DNA of 64,000 bases from an uncultured Candidatus Rokubacteria bacterium. Lineage in GTDB: Bacteria; Methylomirabilota; Methylomirabilia; Rokubacteriales; CSP1-6. The translations under genes and the position numbers were made by a program. Below, one piece after another: positions 50,932 to 60,940 of the stretch; the stretch's first letter is position 1; every line of letters starts with the position of its first letter. The notes beneath the pieces are model-generated. The model saw nothing but the letters and a program-made list of their open reading frames with translations, searched no databases and had not been told where the DNA came from. Where the stretch lies: the NCBI GenBank assembly GCA_963789955.1, contig CAWBMV010000015.1, forward strand, positions 128,001-192,000, given 5' to 3'.

Positions 50932-51751
50932 CTAGTAGTACACCGAGCGGCCGGCTCCGCCGGTCGCCACGACCAGCTCGCCGGTGACGGCCCATGCTTT
51001 GTCCGACGCGAGAAAGACCGTGAGATAGGCGATCTCGGACGCGTCCACCATGCGACAGATCGAGTTGCCCCGCGGCGACTCGTAGGCGAAATCGCGCTTC
51101 TCGACCTCGTCGGCCGGGATGCGGAGCTCGGCGGCGCGGGCCGCCAGGAGTCTCGGCGTGCGTTCCGTGCGCGTCGTGCCGGGGTGAACGCAGTTGACCG
51201 TGATGCCGTAGCGCCCGAGCTGCACGGCCAGGGTCTTGGTCAGGTGCACGAGCGAGCCGTTGCGCGCGCCGCCGCTCAGGTTGCCCGCGTTCCGGGCGTT
51301 GGTGCCGCTGATGTTGATGATCCGTCCCCACCCGTTCTGCTTCAGGTAGGGGATCGCGGCACGCGCGCAGCGCAGGGCGCCCACGTACTTCACGTTGAAG
51401 TCGTGCAGCAGATCCTCGTCGACGACGCTCTCGATCGGTCCCGTCGCCGTCGCGGAGCCGCCGGGCGCCGAGCCGCTGTTGACCAGGATGTGCAGGCCGC
51501 CGAGCCGCTCGGCCGCCTGGGCGACCGCGCGATCGACCTGCTCCTTGCTGGTGACGTCGGCCACGAGCGGGATGACGACGCCGGCCGGTCTGTCCTTCCA
51601 GCTCGCGCGCGGCGGCCTCGAGCCGGTCCTTCGTGCGCGCGACGATCGCGACGTCGACGCCCTCGCGGGCGAGCTCGAGCGCGATCGCCTTGCCGATGCC
51701 GAGACTGCCGCCGGTCACGAGCGCGCGCTTGCCTTGCAGTCCCAGATCCAT
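50932..51751 (-). CDS. Short-chain dehydrogenase/reductase; frameshift near 51585
   Basis: ALVTGGSLGIG, LHILVN, GWGRIINISG, GITVNCVHPG. Confidence 0.9.
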
Positions 51752-51790
51752 CGCGTCACCTCTCTCCCCGTTCGGGGTGCGTTCAATAGA

Positions 51791-52762
51791 TCACGGCAAC
51801 AGGATCAGCTTGCCCGTCGATTCGCGCGACTCGAGATAGCGATGCGCCTCGGCCGCCTGCGCCAGCGGGAACGTTCTGGAGATGTAGACCTTGAGCCGGC
51901 CCTCTCGCATGAGTGCGAAGCACCGCTCGGCGCTCTCGCGGGTCTTGTCGGGAAAGCCTCGCGTCAAGGTCGGCAGCGAGAACGCGCTTACCTTCTGCGA
52001 TTTCGGAGAGAGGGCCGAGAGATTGAGCGGATCGGGCGCGCCGCCCGCGCGCCCGTAGAGCGCGATGTGTCCGAACGGCGCCAGACAGCGCAGGCCCTCC
52101 TCGAACGTCGGCTTGCCGACCGCGTCGAGGATCAGATCGACCCCGCGGTCTGCGGTCAGCCGCAGCACCTCGTCGGCGAACTTGTCCTTCACGTAGTTGA
52201 TGACGACATCGGCGCCGGCCTCCTTCGCGAGCGCCGCCTTGCTGTCGCTCGAGACGGTGCCGAACACGCGGGCGCCCGCCGCCTTCGCGAGCTGGACCGC
52301 CGCGAGTCCGACCCCGCCGGCGGCCGCGTGAACGAGCACGGTTCGGCCCGGACGGATCGTGTCGACGGTGTAGAGCAGGTGATAGGCCGTCAGCGCCTGG
52401 ATCAGGAACGCCGCGCCGTCGACGAAGCTGACGGAGTCGGGGAGCGGGATCGCCATGAACGCCGGCGACGCGCAGTACTCGGCGTACGCCCGGCTGGTGA
52501 AGGCCGCCACGCGCATGCCGGGCCGAAGATTCGTCACGCCTTCGCCGACCGCCTCGATCACGCCCGCCGCCTCCATGCCGGGGATATCGGGGAGCTTCGG
52601 CTTGACGGTGTACGTGCCCTGCCGGAAGCGCGTGTCGGCGAAGTTCACGCCGATCGCGTGGTTCTTGATCACCACGCCGCCCGGACGGACCTCCGGCTTG
52701 GGAACATCGGCCTGGGCCAGCACTTCGGGACCACCGGTTTGCGCGAAGACGATCGCTTTCAT
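51791..52762 (-). CDS. NADPH:quinone oxidoreductase (zeta-crystallin/MDR family)
   Basis: GGPEVL, GVNFAD, PGMEAAG, VLVHAAAGGVG, STGKLIL. Confidence 0.92.
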   Translation of the reverse strand: MKAIVFAQTGGPEVLAQADVPKPEVRPGGVVIKNHAIGVNFADTRFRQGTYTVKPKLPDIPGMEAAGVIEAVGEGVTNLRPGMRVAAFTSRAYAEYCASPAFMAIPLPDSVSFVDGAAFLIQALTAYHLLYTVDTIRPGRTVLVHAAAGGVGLAAVQLAKAAGARVFGTVSSDSKAALAKEAGADVVINYVKDKFADEVLRLTADRGVDLILDAVGKPTFEEGLRCLAPFGHIALYGRAGGAPDPLNLSALSPKSQKVSAFSLPTLTRGFPDKTRESAERCFALMREGRLKVYISRTFPLAQAAEAHRYLESRESTGKLILLP

Positions 52763-52874
52763 CTCTGCCTCCTTGGCGCGAGGCACACACTATCGCAGAA
52801 CGGAGGGGTCCTGAGACGGCGCAATTGGGCGCCCCGACATTTCCTGTGGTATTTCTTCAAGTTGCGGGACCTCG

Positions 52875-55702
52875 ATGGCAACCACGCGAGCGAGCTACGT
52901 TCGAGTTCCGGACTGGTCGGTGTCCGCACGCTACGCGTTCGCCGTGGCCGCAGCACTGGCGGCCGGCGCGATTCGCGGCGCGCTGACTCCGCTCTGGGGC
53001 GAGGATCTGCCGTTCCTGACGTTCGTGCCCGCAATGGTCCTGAGCGCGTGGGCCGGGGGCTTCTGGCCCGGGCTGGTGACGGCCGTTCTCGGCGCCGGGC
53101 TCGTCACCTACTTCTGGATGCCTCCCTTCTACAGTTTGCAGGTGTCGACCCTCGCCGACGCGCATCGGCCTGCTGTTCTTCATCGCGATCGGCGGGCTGG
53201 TCAGCGCGCTCAGCGAGACCATGCATCGGAGTCGACGTCGTCTCGAGGGCCTGCTGCAGAGCATCGACGAGGGCTTCGTCGTCTTCGACGAAGACTGGCG
53301 CTATCGGTACGTGAACGACCGCGCCGCCGAGCTGCTCCGGCAGCCCGCGTCGTCGATGGTCGGTCGCGCGATCTGGGATCTCTTTCCCGATATCGTCGGG
53401 ACCGACATCGAAACCCATCTGCGCCGCGCGTCGGCCCGCAATGAACCGGTGACCTTCGAGACGTTCTACCGGCCGTACGGTCGGTGGTTCAGGACCCGCG
53501 TCTTTCCCACCCTAGAAGGGTTCTCGGCCCTGCTCGAGGACACCACGGACCGCAAGCACGCCGAGGAAGCGTCGCTCCGGCTCGCCGCGATCGTCCGCTC
53601 GTCCGAGGACGCGATCGTCGGCAAGGACCTGGACGGGATCATCACCGCCTGGAATCCGGCCGCCGAGCGACTCTTCGGCTTCACGGCGCCGGAGGCGATC
53701 GGCCGGTCCATCAGGATGATCGTGCCCGCCGACCGCCAGGGCGAGGAAGACGACGTCTTGAGCCGTCTGCGACGCGGAGAAACGATCGAGCACTTCGAGA
53801 CCGTGCGTGTGCGCAAGGACGGCACGCCGATCAACGTCGCGCTGACGGTGTCGCCGATCAAGGACGCCGACGGCCGCGTCATCGGCGCCTCGAAGATCGC
53901 GCGAGACATCGGCGAGCGAATCCAGACCGAGGCCGAGCGCGCCAGGCTGTTCGAGGCGGAGCAGGCGGCGCGGGCGCGGGCCGAGTCGGCCGAGCGTCGC
54001 TCGACCTTGCTGTCCGAATCGAGCGCCGTCCTGAGCTCCTCGCTCGACGCCGCGACCACCCTGCGCACGGTCTCGCGGCTCGTGGTCCCACGATTCGCGG
54101 ACTGGTGCATCATCGACCTGGTCGGGCGCGACAACACCCTGGAGCGAGTCGCAGTTTCGGCGTCGGGCCCGGACACCGAGGTGCTGCTCTCGGAGCTCCA
54201 GCGATACGCTCCCGACTGGACCTCGTCGCAGCCGTCCGCCGAGGCGCTCCGCTCGCGGGCGACGATCGCCATCCCGGAAGTCACCGAGGAGACGCTCGTC
54301 TCGACCGCGCGTGACGCGCATCACCTGGCGATCATGCGGCAGCTGCGCCCGCGCTCCGCGCTCGCCGTGCCGATGGCGGCTCGTCAGCGCGTCATCGGCG
54401 CCATCACCCTGGTCCGGACCACGCCCGGTCATGCGTACGACACGGCCGACGTCGCGATGGCCGAGGAGCTGGCTCGACGCGCGGCGCTGGCAGTCGACAA
54501 CGCGACGCTCTACAGCGAGGCCGACCAGGCCCGCGCGCAGGCCGAGAGCGCCAACCGGGCCAAGGACGAGTTCCTCGCGGTGCTGTCGCACGAGCTGCGG
54601 ACGCCGATGAACGCCGTCTACGGCTGGGCGCGCATGCTCCAGATGGGCCAGATCGACGCGACGACGACCCCGCGCGCGCTCGATGCGATCGTGCGGAACG
54701 CGCACGTGCAGCTCCAGCTGATCGACGATCTGCTCGATGTGTCCCGCATCGTCAGCGGCAAGATGCGGCTCGACATCCGGCCGGTCGACGTCCACCGCGT
54801 GCTCGAAGGCGCGCTCGACGCGGTCCGGCCGGCGGCCGAGGCCAAGGGGCTCGAGCTCGCAGTCTCTCGTCGATCCGAGCGCCGGCCCGCTCAACGGAGA
54901 TCCCGACCGCCTGCAGCAAGTCGTCTGGAACCTCCTGATGAACGCGGTCAAGTTCACGCCGAGGGACGGGCGGATCCAGCTGGCCCTCCAGCGCGTCGGC
55001 TCGCATCTCGAGATCGCGGTCAGCGACACCGGCGCCGGCATCCGGCCCGAGCTGTTGCCCGTCATCTTCGATCGCTTCAAGCAAGGCGAGAGCGGGAGCA
55101 CGCGCAACCAGGGCGGCCTCGGCATCGGGCTCGCGCTCGTTCGCCACCTGGTCGAGCTGCACGGGGGATCCGTCACCGCCGAGAGCGCGGGCGAGGGGAA
55201 GGGCGCGACCTTCAGGGTGAAGCTGCCGCTCGTGGCCGCGCTCGTCTCCTCGCAGGAAGACCGCGCGCATCCGACCGCCGGACAGCCCGTGTCGGCCTAT
55301 CAAGGTCCGTCGCTCCGTGGCCTTCGTGTTCTCGTCGTCGACGACGATCCGGACGCGCTGGACCTGATCGCGACGATCCTGAGGCGGGCGGAGGCGGAGA
55401 CCCGGCTGTGCTCCTCGCCGCCGGAGGCCCTGGCGGTGCTCCGGTCGTGGAAGCCGCACGTGCTCGTCTCGGACATCGAGATGCCCGGCGAGGACGGGTA
55501 CTCGCTCATCCGCAAGGTGCGCGAGCTGGGCGGATCCGACGGCGGCCAGACCCCGGCGGTCGCGCTGACCGCCTACGGACGTCCCGAGGATCGAGTGCGT
55601 TCGCTCTCGGCCGGCTTCAGCATGCACGTGGCGAAGCCGGTGGATCCGGTGGAGCTCGGCGTGATCGTCGCCAATCTCGCCGGCCGGTCCCCCTCCGGGT
55701 GA
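52875..55702 (+). CDS. Hybrid sensor kinase (DUF4118-like membrane domain, PAS, PAS, GAF, HisKA, HATPase, receiver); frameshifts near 53168 and 54865
   Basis: YVNDRAA, WNPAAERLFG, VPRFADWC, LSHELRTPM, NLLMNAVKFT, GLGIGL, LVVDDD, SDIEMP, KP. Confidence 0.9.
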
Positions 55703-56754
55703 GTCGCGGCGCCGGCCACCTGCTGGCCATCGGCTTCGACGGAACGCGCATTCCGGACGCGCTCGCGGCGCAGGCCGACCGCTCCGGGCTCGGCGGCATC
55801 GTGCTGTTCACGCGCAACTGTCCAACCCTGGAAATCGTGCTCGCGCTGACCGCCGAGGCGCGGCGCCTCGATCCCGACCTGTTGGTGTTGGTCGACCACG
55901 AAGGCGGGCGTGTTCATCGCCTGCCACCACCGTTCACCCGATTTCCGCCGGCGGCAACCATCGGACGGACCGGCGAGCCTCGTCTGGCCGCCGCGGTCGC
56001 GAGCGCGATGGCGCGCGAGCTGCGCGCCGCCGGCTTCGATTCCGGGCTCGCGCCGGTGCTCGACTGCTTGCTCGATCCGGCCAACACGGTGATCGGTGAT
56101 CGGGCTTTCGGCTCGGCGCCCGCCGCCGTGGCGGCGTTCGGCACCGCGTTCGTCGAGGCGATGCTGCCCACCGGGCTCGTGCCCGTCGCGAAGCATTTCC
56201 CGGGGCACGGGCTGACCTCGGTCGACTCTCACCGCGCTCTGCCGGATACGTCCGCGACGCTCGACGACCTGGAGCGCGGCGAGCTCGTGCCGTTCCGCGC
56301 GGTGCTCGCGGCCGGTTGCCCCGCCGTCCTGGTCGCGCACGTCCGCTACCGCGCGCTCGACCCCGAGCTGCCCGGCTCGCTCTCGCCCGCGGTGGTCACC
56401 GGGCTGTTGCGGCGACATCTCGGCTTCGACGGCTTCATCCTGAGCGACGACCTCGAGATGGCGGCGGTCGCCGGCACGTGGGGCGTCGCGGACGCGGCGC
56501 GGCGGTTTCTCGGCGCCGGCGGCGATCTCGCGCTGATTTGCCGGAGCGAGGAGTATCGAAGCCAGGCGCTGGCGACCATCGAGCGCGAAATCGAGCGCGG
56601 GGCTCTCGACCCGGCGCCGGCCGCGCGGCGGCGAAGGGCGATCCGCCGGCTGATCGACGCCGCCGGCCGCCGCCCGGACGTCTCGGTGATCGGCTGCGCG
56701 GAGCATCGCGCGCTGGCCGAGGAGGTGGAGCGGCGCTCGGCCGAGCGGGGCTGA
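55699..56754 (+). CDS. nagZ: Beta-N-acetylhexosaminidase (GH3)
   Basis: GGIVLFTRN, DHEGGRVHR, APVLD, KHFPGHG....DSH, SDDLEM; GTGA overlap with the kinase stop. Confidence 0.92.
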   Translation: MSRGAGHLLAIGFDGTRIPDALAAQADRSGLGGIVLFTRNCPTLEIVLALTAEARRLDPDLLVLVDHEGGRVHRLPPPFTRFPPAATIGRTGEPRLAAAVASAMARELRAAGFDSGLAPVLDCLLDPANTVIGDRAFGSAPAAVAAFGTAFVEAMLPTGLVPVAKHFPGHGLTSVDSHRALPDTSATLDDLERGELVPFRAVLAAGCPAVLVAHVRYRALDPELPGSLSPAVVTGLLRRHLGFDGFILSDDLEMAAVAGTWGVADAARRFLGAGGDLALICRSEEYRSQALATIEREIERGALDPAPAARRRRAIRRLIDAAGRRPDVSVIGCAEHRALAEEVERRSAERG

Positions 56755-56773
56755 GCGTGCGATCCTGGGTGGG

Positions 56774-57688
56774 ATGACCAGCCCGCCGCCGGCGCGCCGA
56801 GAGTTCCTCGCCATCACGGGTCGAGTCCTGGCGAGCGCCGGGATACTGGCCATCTCCCGGCCTTGGTACGTTTCGGCCGGGGCTCCCGATCCGAAGGTCT
56901 TCGAGGGGCGTGAAGTTTTCGATCGGCTCCTGACCCTGGCGCGCGAGCGCCGGTGGAGCGAGCTGCCGATCGGCGAGCGCATCGGCGCGATCGGCATGGC
57001 CTTGCGGCAGACGCCCTACGTCGCCTCGACCCTGGAGCTCTACGACGACCGCGAGGTGTGCTCGGTCGACCTTCGGGGGCTGGACTGCGTCACGTTCTTC
57101 GAGCTGGCGCTCGCCTTCGCGCGGATGCTCAAGCGCGGTGAGCGGACACCGGACGCGCTGCTGGCCGAGGTCACCTTCCTTCGCTATCGCGGCGGCCAGC
57201 TGACCGACTACGCCTCACGGCTGCACTACCTGAGCGACTGGTTCGCTGACAACCAGGCCAAGCGCGTCGTCCGGCTGATCACCCCCGAGCTTCCCGGCGC
57301 CGAGCGCTTCACCCGGCGCGTCAGCTTCATGAGCGCGCATCCCGGCGCCTATCGACAGCTCAAGGCGAGCCCCGACCAGCTCGCGAAGATCGCGCTGATC
57401 GAGGCCGAGATCAATGCGCGTACGACCTTCTATCTGCCGAAAGAGAAGGTCGCGGCCGCCCAGCGGCTGTTGATCACCGGCGACATCGTCGGCGTCACCA
57501 CCACGATCGACGGCCTCGACTGCGCCCACTCCGGCCTGGTGTACCGGGACGAGGCGGGGGTCCCGAGGCTCCTGCACGCGTCGACCACGCGAAACGCGGT
57601 CGTCCTCGACGAGGACCTGGCGACCTACGTGGCGAGCGTGCGGACGCACAGCGGCATCATGGTGGCCCGTCCGCTCGAGGTGACGTAG
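56774..57688 (+). CDS. DUF1460 N-acetylmuramoyl-L-alanine amidase-like protein (NlpC/P60 superfamily), Tat signal
   Basis: RREFL; TPYVASTLE, GLDCVTF, RYRGG, RLHYLSDW, GLDCAHSG, LLHAS, GIMVARP. Confidence 0.85.
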   Translation: MTSPPPARREFLAITGRVLASAGILAISRPWYVSAGAPDPKVFEGREVFDRLLTLARERRWSELPIGERIGAIGMALRQTPYVASTLELYDDREVCSVDLRGLDCVTFFELALAFARMLKRGERTPDALLAEVTFLRYRGGQLTDYASRLHYLSDWFADNQAKRVVRLITPELPGAERFTRRVSFMSAHPGAYRQLKASPDQLAKIALIEAEINARTTFYLPKEKVAAAQRLLITGDIVGVTTTIDGLDCAHSGLVYRDEAGVPRLLHASTTRNAVVLDEDLATYVASVRTHSGIMVARPLEVT

Positions 57689-57691
57689 CGC

Positions 57692-57892
57692 TCAGAGGAG
57701 CGAGCGGAGCCGCCGGCCGAGGCTCGTGAGCACCTCGGCGACGCGGCGCCGGCGCGGCCGCCGGCTTCGGCGAATCGCGTCGAGCACAGACCGATGCGCG
57801 GCCGCCCTGCGGGCCGCCTCGAGGCGGTCGTGAACGAGAAAATCCGCGTGGTATTCGTTCAGCCACACCGGCGGTCCGCCGTCGCGGATCAT
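57692..57892 (-). CDS. Small basic hypothetical protein (66 aa)
   Basis: ATG overlaps the GNAT stop (ATGA); fills the gap between convergent genes. Confidence 0.55.
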   Translation of the reverse strand: MIRDGGPPVWLNEYHADFLVHDRLEAARRAAAHRSVLDAIRRSRRPRRRRVAEVLTSLGRRLRSLL

Positions 57893-58383
57893 AGAAGTCG
57901 CTCCATCACGACGACGTCGACCCACTTGCCGTCCAGCTGCCCCTGCTCGCGGTACACGCCGACCTCGGCGAAGCCGAGCCGCCGGTAGAGCGTGAGACCG
58001 GCCGCGTTGAAGGGGAAGGCCGCGAGCACGAGCTTGTGGTACGCGAGCTCGCGCGCCCGCGCGATGAGCGTCTCGAGCAGCCGGTGGCCCACGCCCCGCC
58101 CGCGCCAGTCACGCCCGACGTAGACCGAGAAGTCCGCGACGTGATCGTAGGCGGGCCGCGGGTTGAACGAGTTCAGGCTGCCCCAGCCGACGACGCGACC
58201 GTCCACCTGGCCGACGATGACCGGGTGGCGGGGACCGCGCGCCGCGAGCCAGCGCCGCCGCTCTTCGGCCGAGCGCGTCTCGGTCTCGAGCGTCGCCAGA
58301 CGGTCCTCGATGCCCTGGTTGTAGATCACCGCGATCGCGTCGGCGTCGGCCGGCTCGGCGTCCCGAATGGTCACGTGGCTCAT
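57889..58383 (-). CDS. GNAT N-acetyltransferase, phosphinothricin/arsinothricin (ArsN1/YncA-like) family
   Basis: IYNQGIEDRLATLET, SVYV, RGRGVG, YHKLVLAAFPFN, GQLDGKWVDV. Confidence 0.88.
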   Translation of the reverse strand: MSHVTIRDAEPADADAIAVIYNQGIEDRLATLETETRSAEERRRWLAARGPRHPVIVGQVDGRVVGWGSLNSFNPRPAYDHVADFSVYVGRDWRGRGVGHRLLETLIARARELAYHKLVLAAFPFNAAGLTLYRRLGFAEVGVYREQGQLDGKWVDVVVMERLL

Positions 58384-58409
58384 ACCCCAAGTGTCCGGCG
58401 TGTCTGTGG

Positions 58410-58446
58410 ATTCATAAAATGAATTGTTTGAATATGTTCGATTCAA
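58410..58446. promoter_or_regulatory. Two inverted repeats, putative LysR operator
   Basis: ATTCAT-AAA-ATGAAT (58410-58424, T-N11-A) and TTGAAT-N7-ATTCAA (58428-58446). Confidence 0.65.
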
Positions 58447-58485
58447 GATAATGTGTCCCGAACACGCGGGAGGGCACGCACACGC

Positions 58486-59400
58486 GTGGACATCAATCCG
58501 GTACACGTCCGAACGTTGCAGGCGATCGCGCGCTCGGGAGGCTTCTCGCGGGCGGGTGAGATCCTGCACCTGAGCCAGCCGGCGATCAGCCATCACGTTC
58601 GTCATCTCGAGCGCGTGCTGGGGGTGCCGCTCCTGGTGAGGCGCGGCCGGCGCGCGTCGCCCACCGAGGCCGGCGCGGTGCTCCTCGAGCACGCCGGGCG
58701 CGCCTTCAAGGTGCTGGACGAAGCGCGCGAGGCGATCCAGCGGCTGCGGGGTCGCGTGGCCGGGCGCGTGACCGTCGGCACGGGCGCCACCGCCAGCATC
58801 TATCTCTTGCCGGCGCTGCTCCGGCGGCTCCGTGCACGACATCCGGATCTCGAGCTGGTCGTCGTGACCGGCAATGCCGGCGAGATCGCGTCGGCCGTAT
58901 CGCGCGGTGAGCTCGACGTCGGCGTCGTGACGTTACCCATTGCGGTCGGCCGAGGCTTGCTCGTCTCGCCGTTCTACGTCGATCGGCTCGTGGCGATCGC
59001 GCCGCCCGACCGGCGCTGGCGACGACGAGCGCCGATGACGGCCGCCGAGCTGGCCCGCGAGCCGGTGATTCTCTACGAGCGCGGCGGGACCATCCGGCGC
59101 GTGGTGGACGACTGGTTCCGGCGCGGCCGGGCCACGCCTCGGGTCGCGATGGAGCTCGGGAACGCCGAGGCGACCAAGAAGCTGGTCGGCGCCGGGCTCG
59201 GCCTCTCGGTCGTCTCGGAAATCGCGGTCAAGGCCGACGCGAGGGCCGGCGCGCTGAACGTGATTCCGCTGCGTCCGGCGCTCCACCGGAGGATCGGGAT
59301 CGTCCGGCGGCGCGAGCGCTCGCCGCGTCCGGCCTTGCTGGCCTTCATGACCGCGCTCGAGAGCGCCGCGAAGCGGGTGCGCGGCGGGGCGAATCCTTGA
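58486..59400 (+). CDS. LysR family transcriptional regulator
   Basis: GFSRAGEILHLSQPAISHHVRHLE HTH; divergent from the GNAT gene. Confidence 0.95.
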   Translation: MDINPVHVRTLQAIARSGGFSRAGEILHLSQPAISHHVRHLERVLGVPLLVRRGRRASPTEAGAVLLEHAGRAFKVLDEAREAIQRLRGRVAGRVTVGTGATASIYLLPALLRRLRARHPDLELVVVTGNAGEIASAVSRGELDVGVVTLPIAVGRGLLVSPFYVDRLVAIAPPDRRWRRRAPMTAAELAREPVILYERGGTIRRVVDDWFRRGRATPRVAMELGNAEATKKLVGAGLGLSVVSEIAVKADARAGALNVIPLRPALHRRIGIVRRRERSPRPALLAFMTALESAAKRVRGGANP

Positions 59401-59425
59401 CCCTGTTCGGTGGCGGCGGTAATGT
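59397..59425 (+). promoter_or_regulatory. Putative sigma70 promoter TTGACC-17-TAATGT for the amidase operon
   Basis: Hexamers at 59397-59402 and 59420-59425; the -35 overlaps the LysR stop codon. Confidence 0.5.
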
Positions 59426-59455
59426 CGCTGGCGTTCAGGGAAAAGGGGATGACTC

Positions 59456-60934
59456 ATGAGTGACCGCATCGATGCTTTCGCGACCGCCACCGACATGCTC
59501 GCGGCGCTGCGGGCGCGCCGCGTGTCCGCCGTCGAGCTGCTCGAGCTGCTCCGCCGGCGGATCGAGCGCCACAATCCGGAGCTGAACGCGATCGTCGAGC
59601 CCGACTTCGAGCGAGCGCGGCGTGACGCCGAGGCCGCCGATGCGCGGCGGGCCCGCGGCGAGGACGCGCCGCTGCTCGGACTGCCGATGACCCTGAAGGA
59701 ATCGATCAACGTTCGCGGCCTGCGCACCACCGCCGGCATGGCTCAGTGGAAAGACTTTCGCTCGGAGCACGACGCGCCCGTCACGACGCGGGTGAAGGGC
59801 GCGGGCGCGGTGGTCATGGCCAAGACGAACGTGCCGCAGATGCTCGCCGACTGGCAGTCGGTCAACCCGGTCTACGGGCGGACCAACAACCCGTGGGACC
59901 TCGGGCGAACGCCGGGCGGCTCGACCGGCGGCGGGGCCGCCGCGCTCGCGGCCGGGTTCACGCCTCTCGAGTTCGGCAGCGACATCGGCGGCTCGATCCG
60001 GGTGCCCGCGGCCTTCTGTGGGGTCTACGGTCATCGCCCGAGCGAGACGGCGATGCCGCGCAGCGGACAGTTCCCGATGCCGCCGATGCCGAACGCCGCG
60101 GTCGTGATGGGTGTGCAGGGGCCGATGGCGCGCTCGGGCGACGATCTCGAGCTGGCGCTCGACGTCGCGGCGGGGCCCGAAGTCGGCGAGGACGTCGCGT
60201 GGAAGATCACGCTTCCGCCGGCCCGCCGCGATCGGCTGGCGGGCTTTCGGGTCGCGGTGCTGCCGGCGCTCGACTGGGTGCCCGTCGACGCCGAGGTGCT
60301 CGCCGCGCTCGACGGCGTCGCATCGAGTCTCGGCCGGCTCGGCTGCCAGGTGAAAGTCGTTCAGCCGGACGCGCTCGGCGATCACCGGCAGCACTACGCG
60401 CTCTATCTGTCGCTGCTCGCGGCCGTGACCTCCGCCCGCGTGCCCGCCGCCGACCGCCGCGCGCGGCTCGACGTCATGCGGACGCGCGACGACGAGTGGA
60501 GCCGCGCCTCTCAGCGCGGCATCGAGAGCGGCGCGCCGGACTACGTCGCCTGGTTCGGTCAGCGCGAGCAGTATCGCGCGGCGTGGCGCGCGTTCTTCCG
60601 GGAGTGGGACGTGCTCCTGATGCCCGCGTTCATCACGCCGGCGTACCCGCACTGGGACAAACCGTTTCCGGGGACGCCGGAATCGATCAAGAAGACGCTC
60701 GACGTGAACGGCAAGCCCGTGCTCGAGGAGATCGGCCTGTTCTGCGCGTCGGTCGCGACCTTGGCCGGGCAACCGTCGACGGCGTTTCCCGCCGGCCGCA
60801 GCCGCGGCGGCCTGCCGATCGGGCTGCAGGCCATCGGACCGTACCTCGAGGACCGCACGCCGATCCGGTTCGCGTCGCTGGTCGGGCGCGAGCTCGGCGG
60901 CTTCGTCCGCCCGCCGCGGTACCAGGGAGACTGA
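59456..60934 (+). CDS. Amidase signature family enzyme
   Basis: GLPMTLKE, KTNVP, NNPWD..RTPGGSTGG, GSDIGGSIR, GLPIGLQ. Confidence 0.95.
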   Translation: MSDRIDAFATATDMLAALRARRVSAVELLELLRRRIERHNPELNAIVEPDFERARRDAEAADARRARGEDAPLLGLPMTLKESINVRGLRTTAGMAQWKDFRSEHDAPVTTRVKGAGAVVMAKTNVPQMLADWQSVNPVYGRTNNPWDLGRTPGGSTGGGAAALAAGFTPLEFGSDIGGSIRVPAAFCGVYGHRPSETAMPRSGQFPMPPMPNAAVVMGVQGPMARSGDDLELALDVAAGPEVGEDVAWKITLPPARRDRLAGFRVAVLPALDWVPVDAEVLAALDGVASSLGRLGCQVKVVQPDALGDHRQHYALYLSLLAAVTSARVPAADRRARLDVMRTRDDEWSRASQRGIESGAPDYVAWFGQREQYRAAWRAFFREWDVLLMPAFITPAYPHWDKPFPGTPESIKKTLDVNGKPVLEEIGLFCASVATLAGQPSTAFPAGRSRGGLPIGLQAIGPYLEDRTPIRFASLVGRELGGFVRPPRYQGD

Positions 60935-60940
60935 GGGCCT

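Noticed and set aside
49757..51751. 664-aa ORF that looks like an SDR-cyclase fusion
   Set aside because: Produced by indels near 51585 and 50118; the SDR ends at 50932 and the cyclase has its own SD and ATG at 50902
1877..55702. Mass pseudogenisation or programmed frameshifting
   Set aside because: Indels hit unrelated genes at random, motifs stay intact, nonsense codons are essentially absent and I saw no shared slippery site; sequencing error is simpler
53221..56754. 1177-aa ORF that looks like a kinase-NagZ fusion
   Set aside because: An indel near 54865 moves the kinase HATPase and receiver into another frame (54737-55702); the linker is out-of-frame text and nagZ has its own GTG start
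59915..59932. Amidase GGSTGG instead of GGSSGG as a sign of inactivity
   Set aside because: The first Ser (cis-Ser), the Lys and the nucleophile Ser in GGSIR are retained
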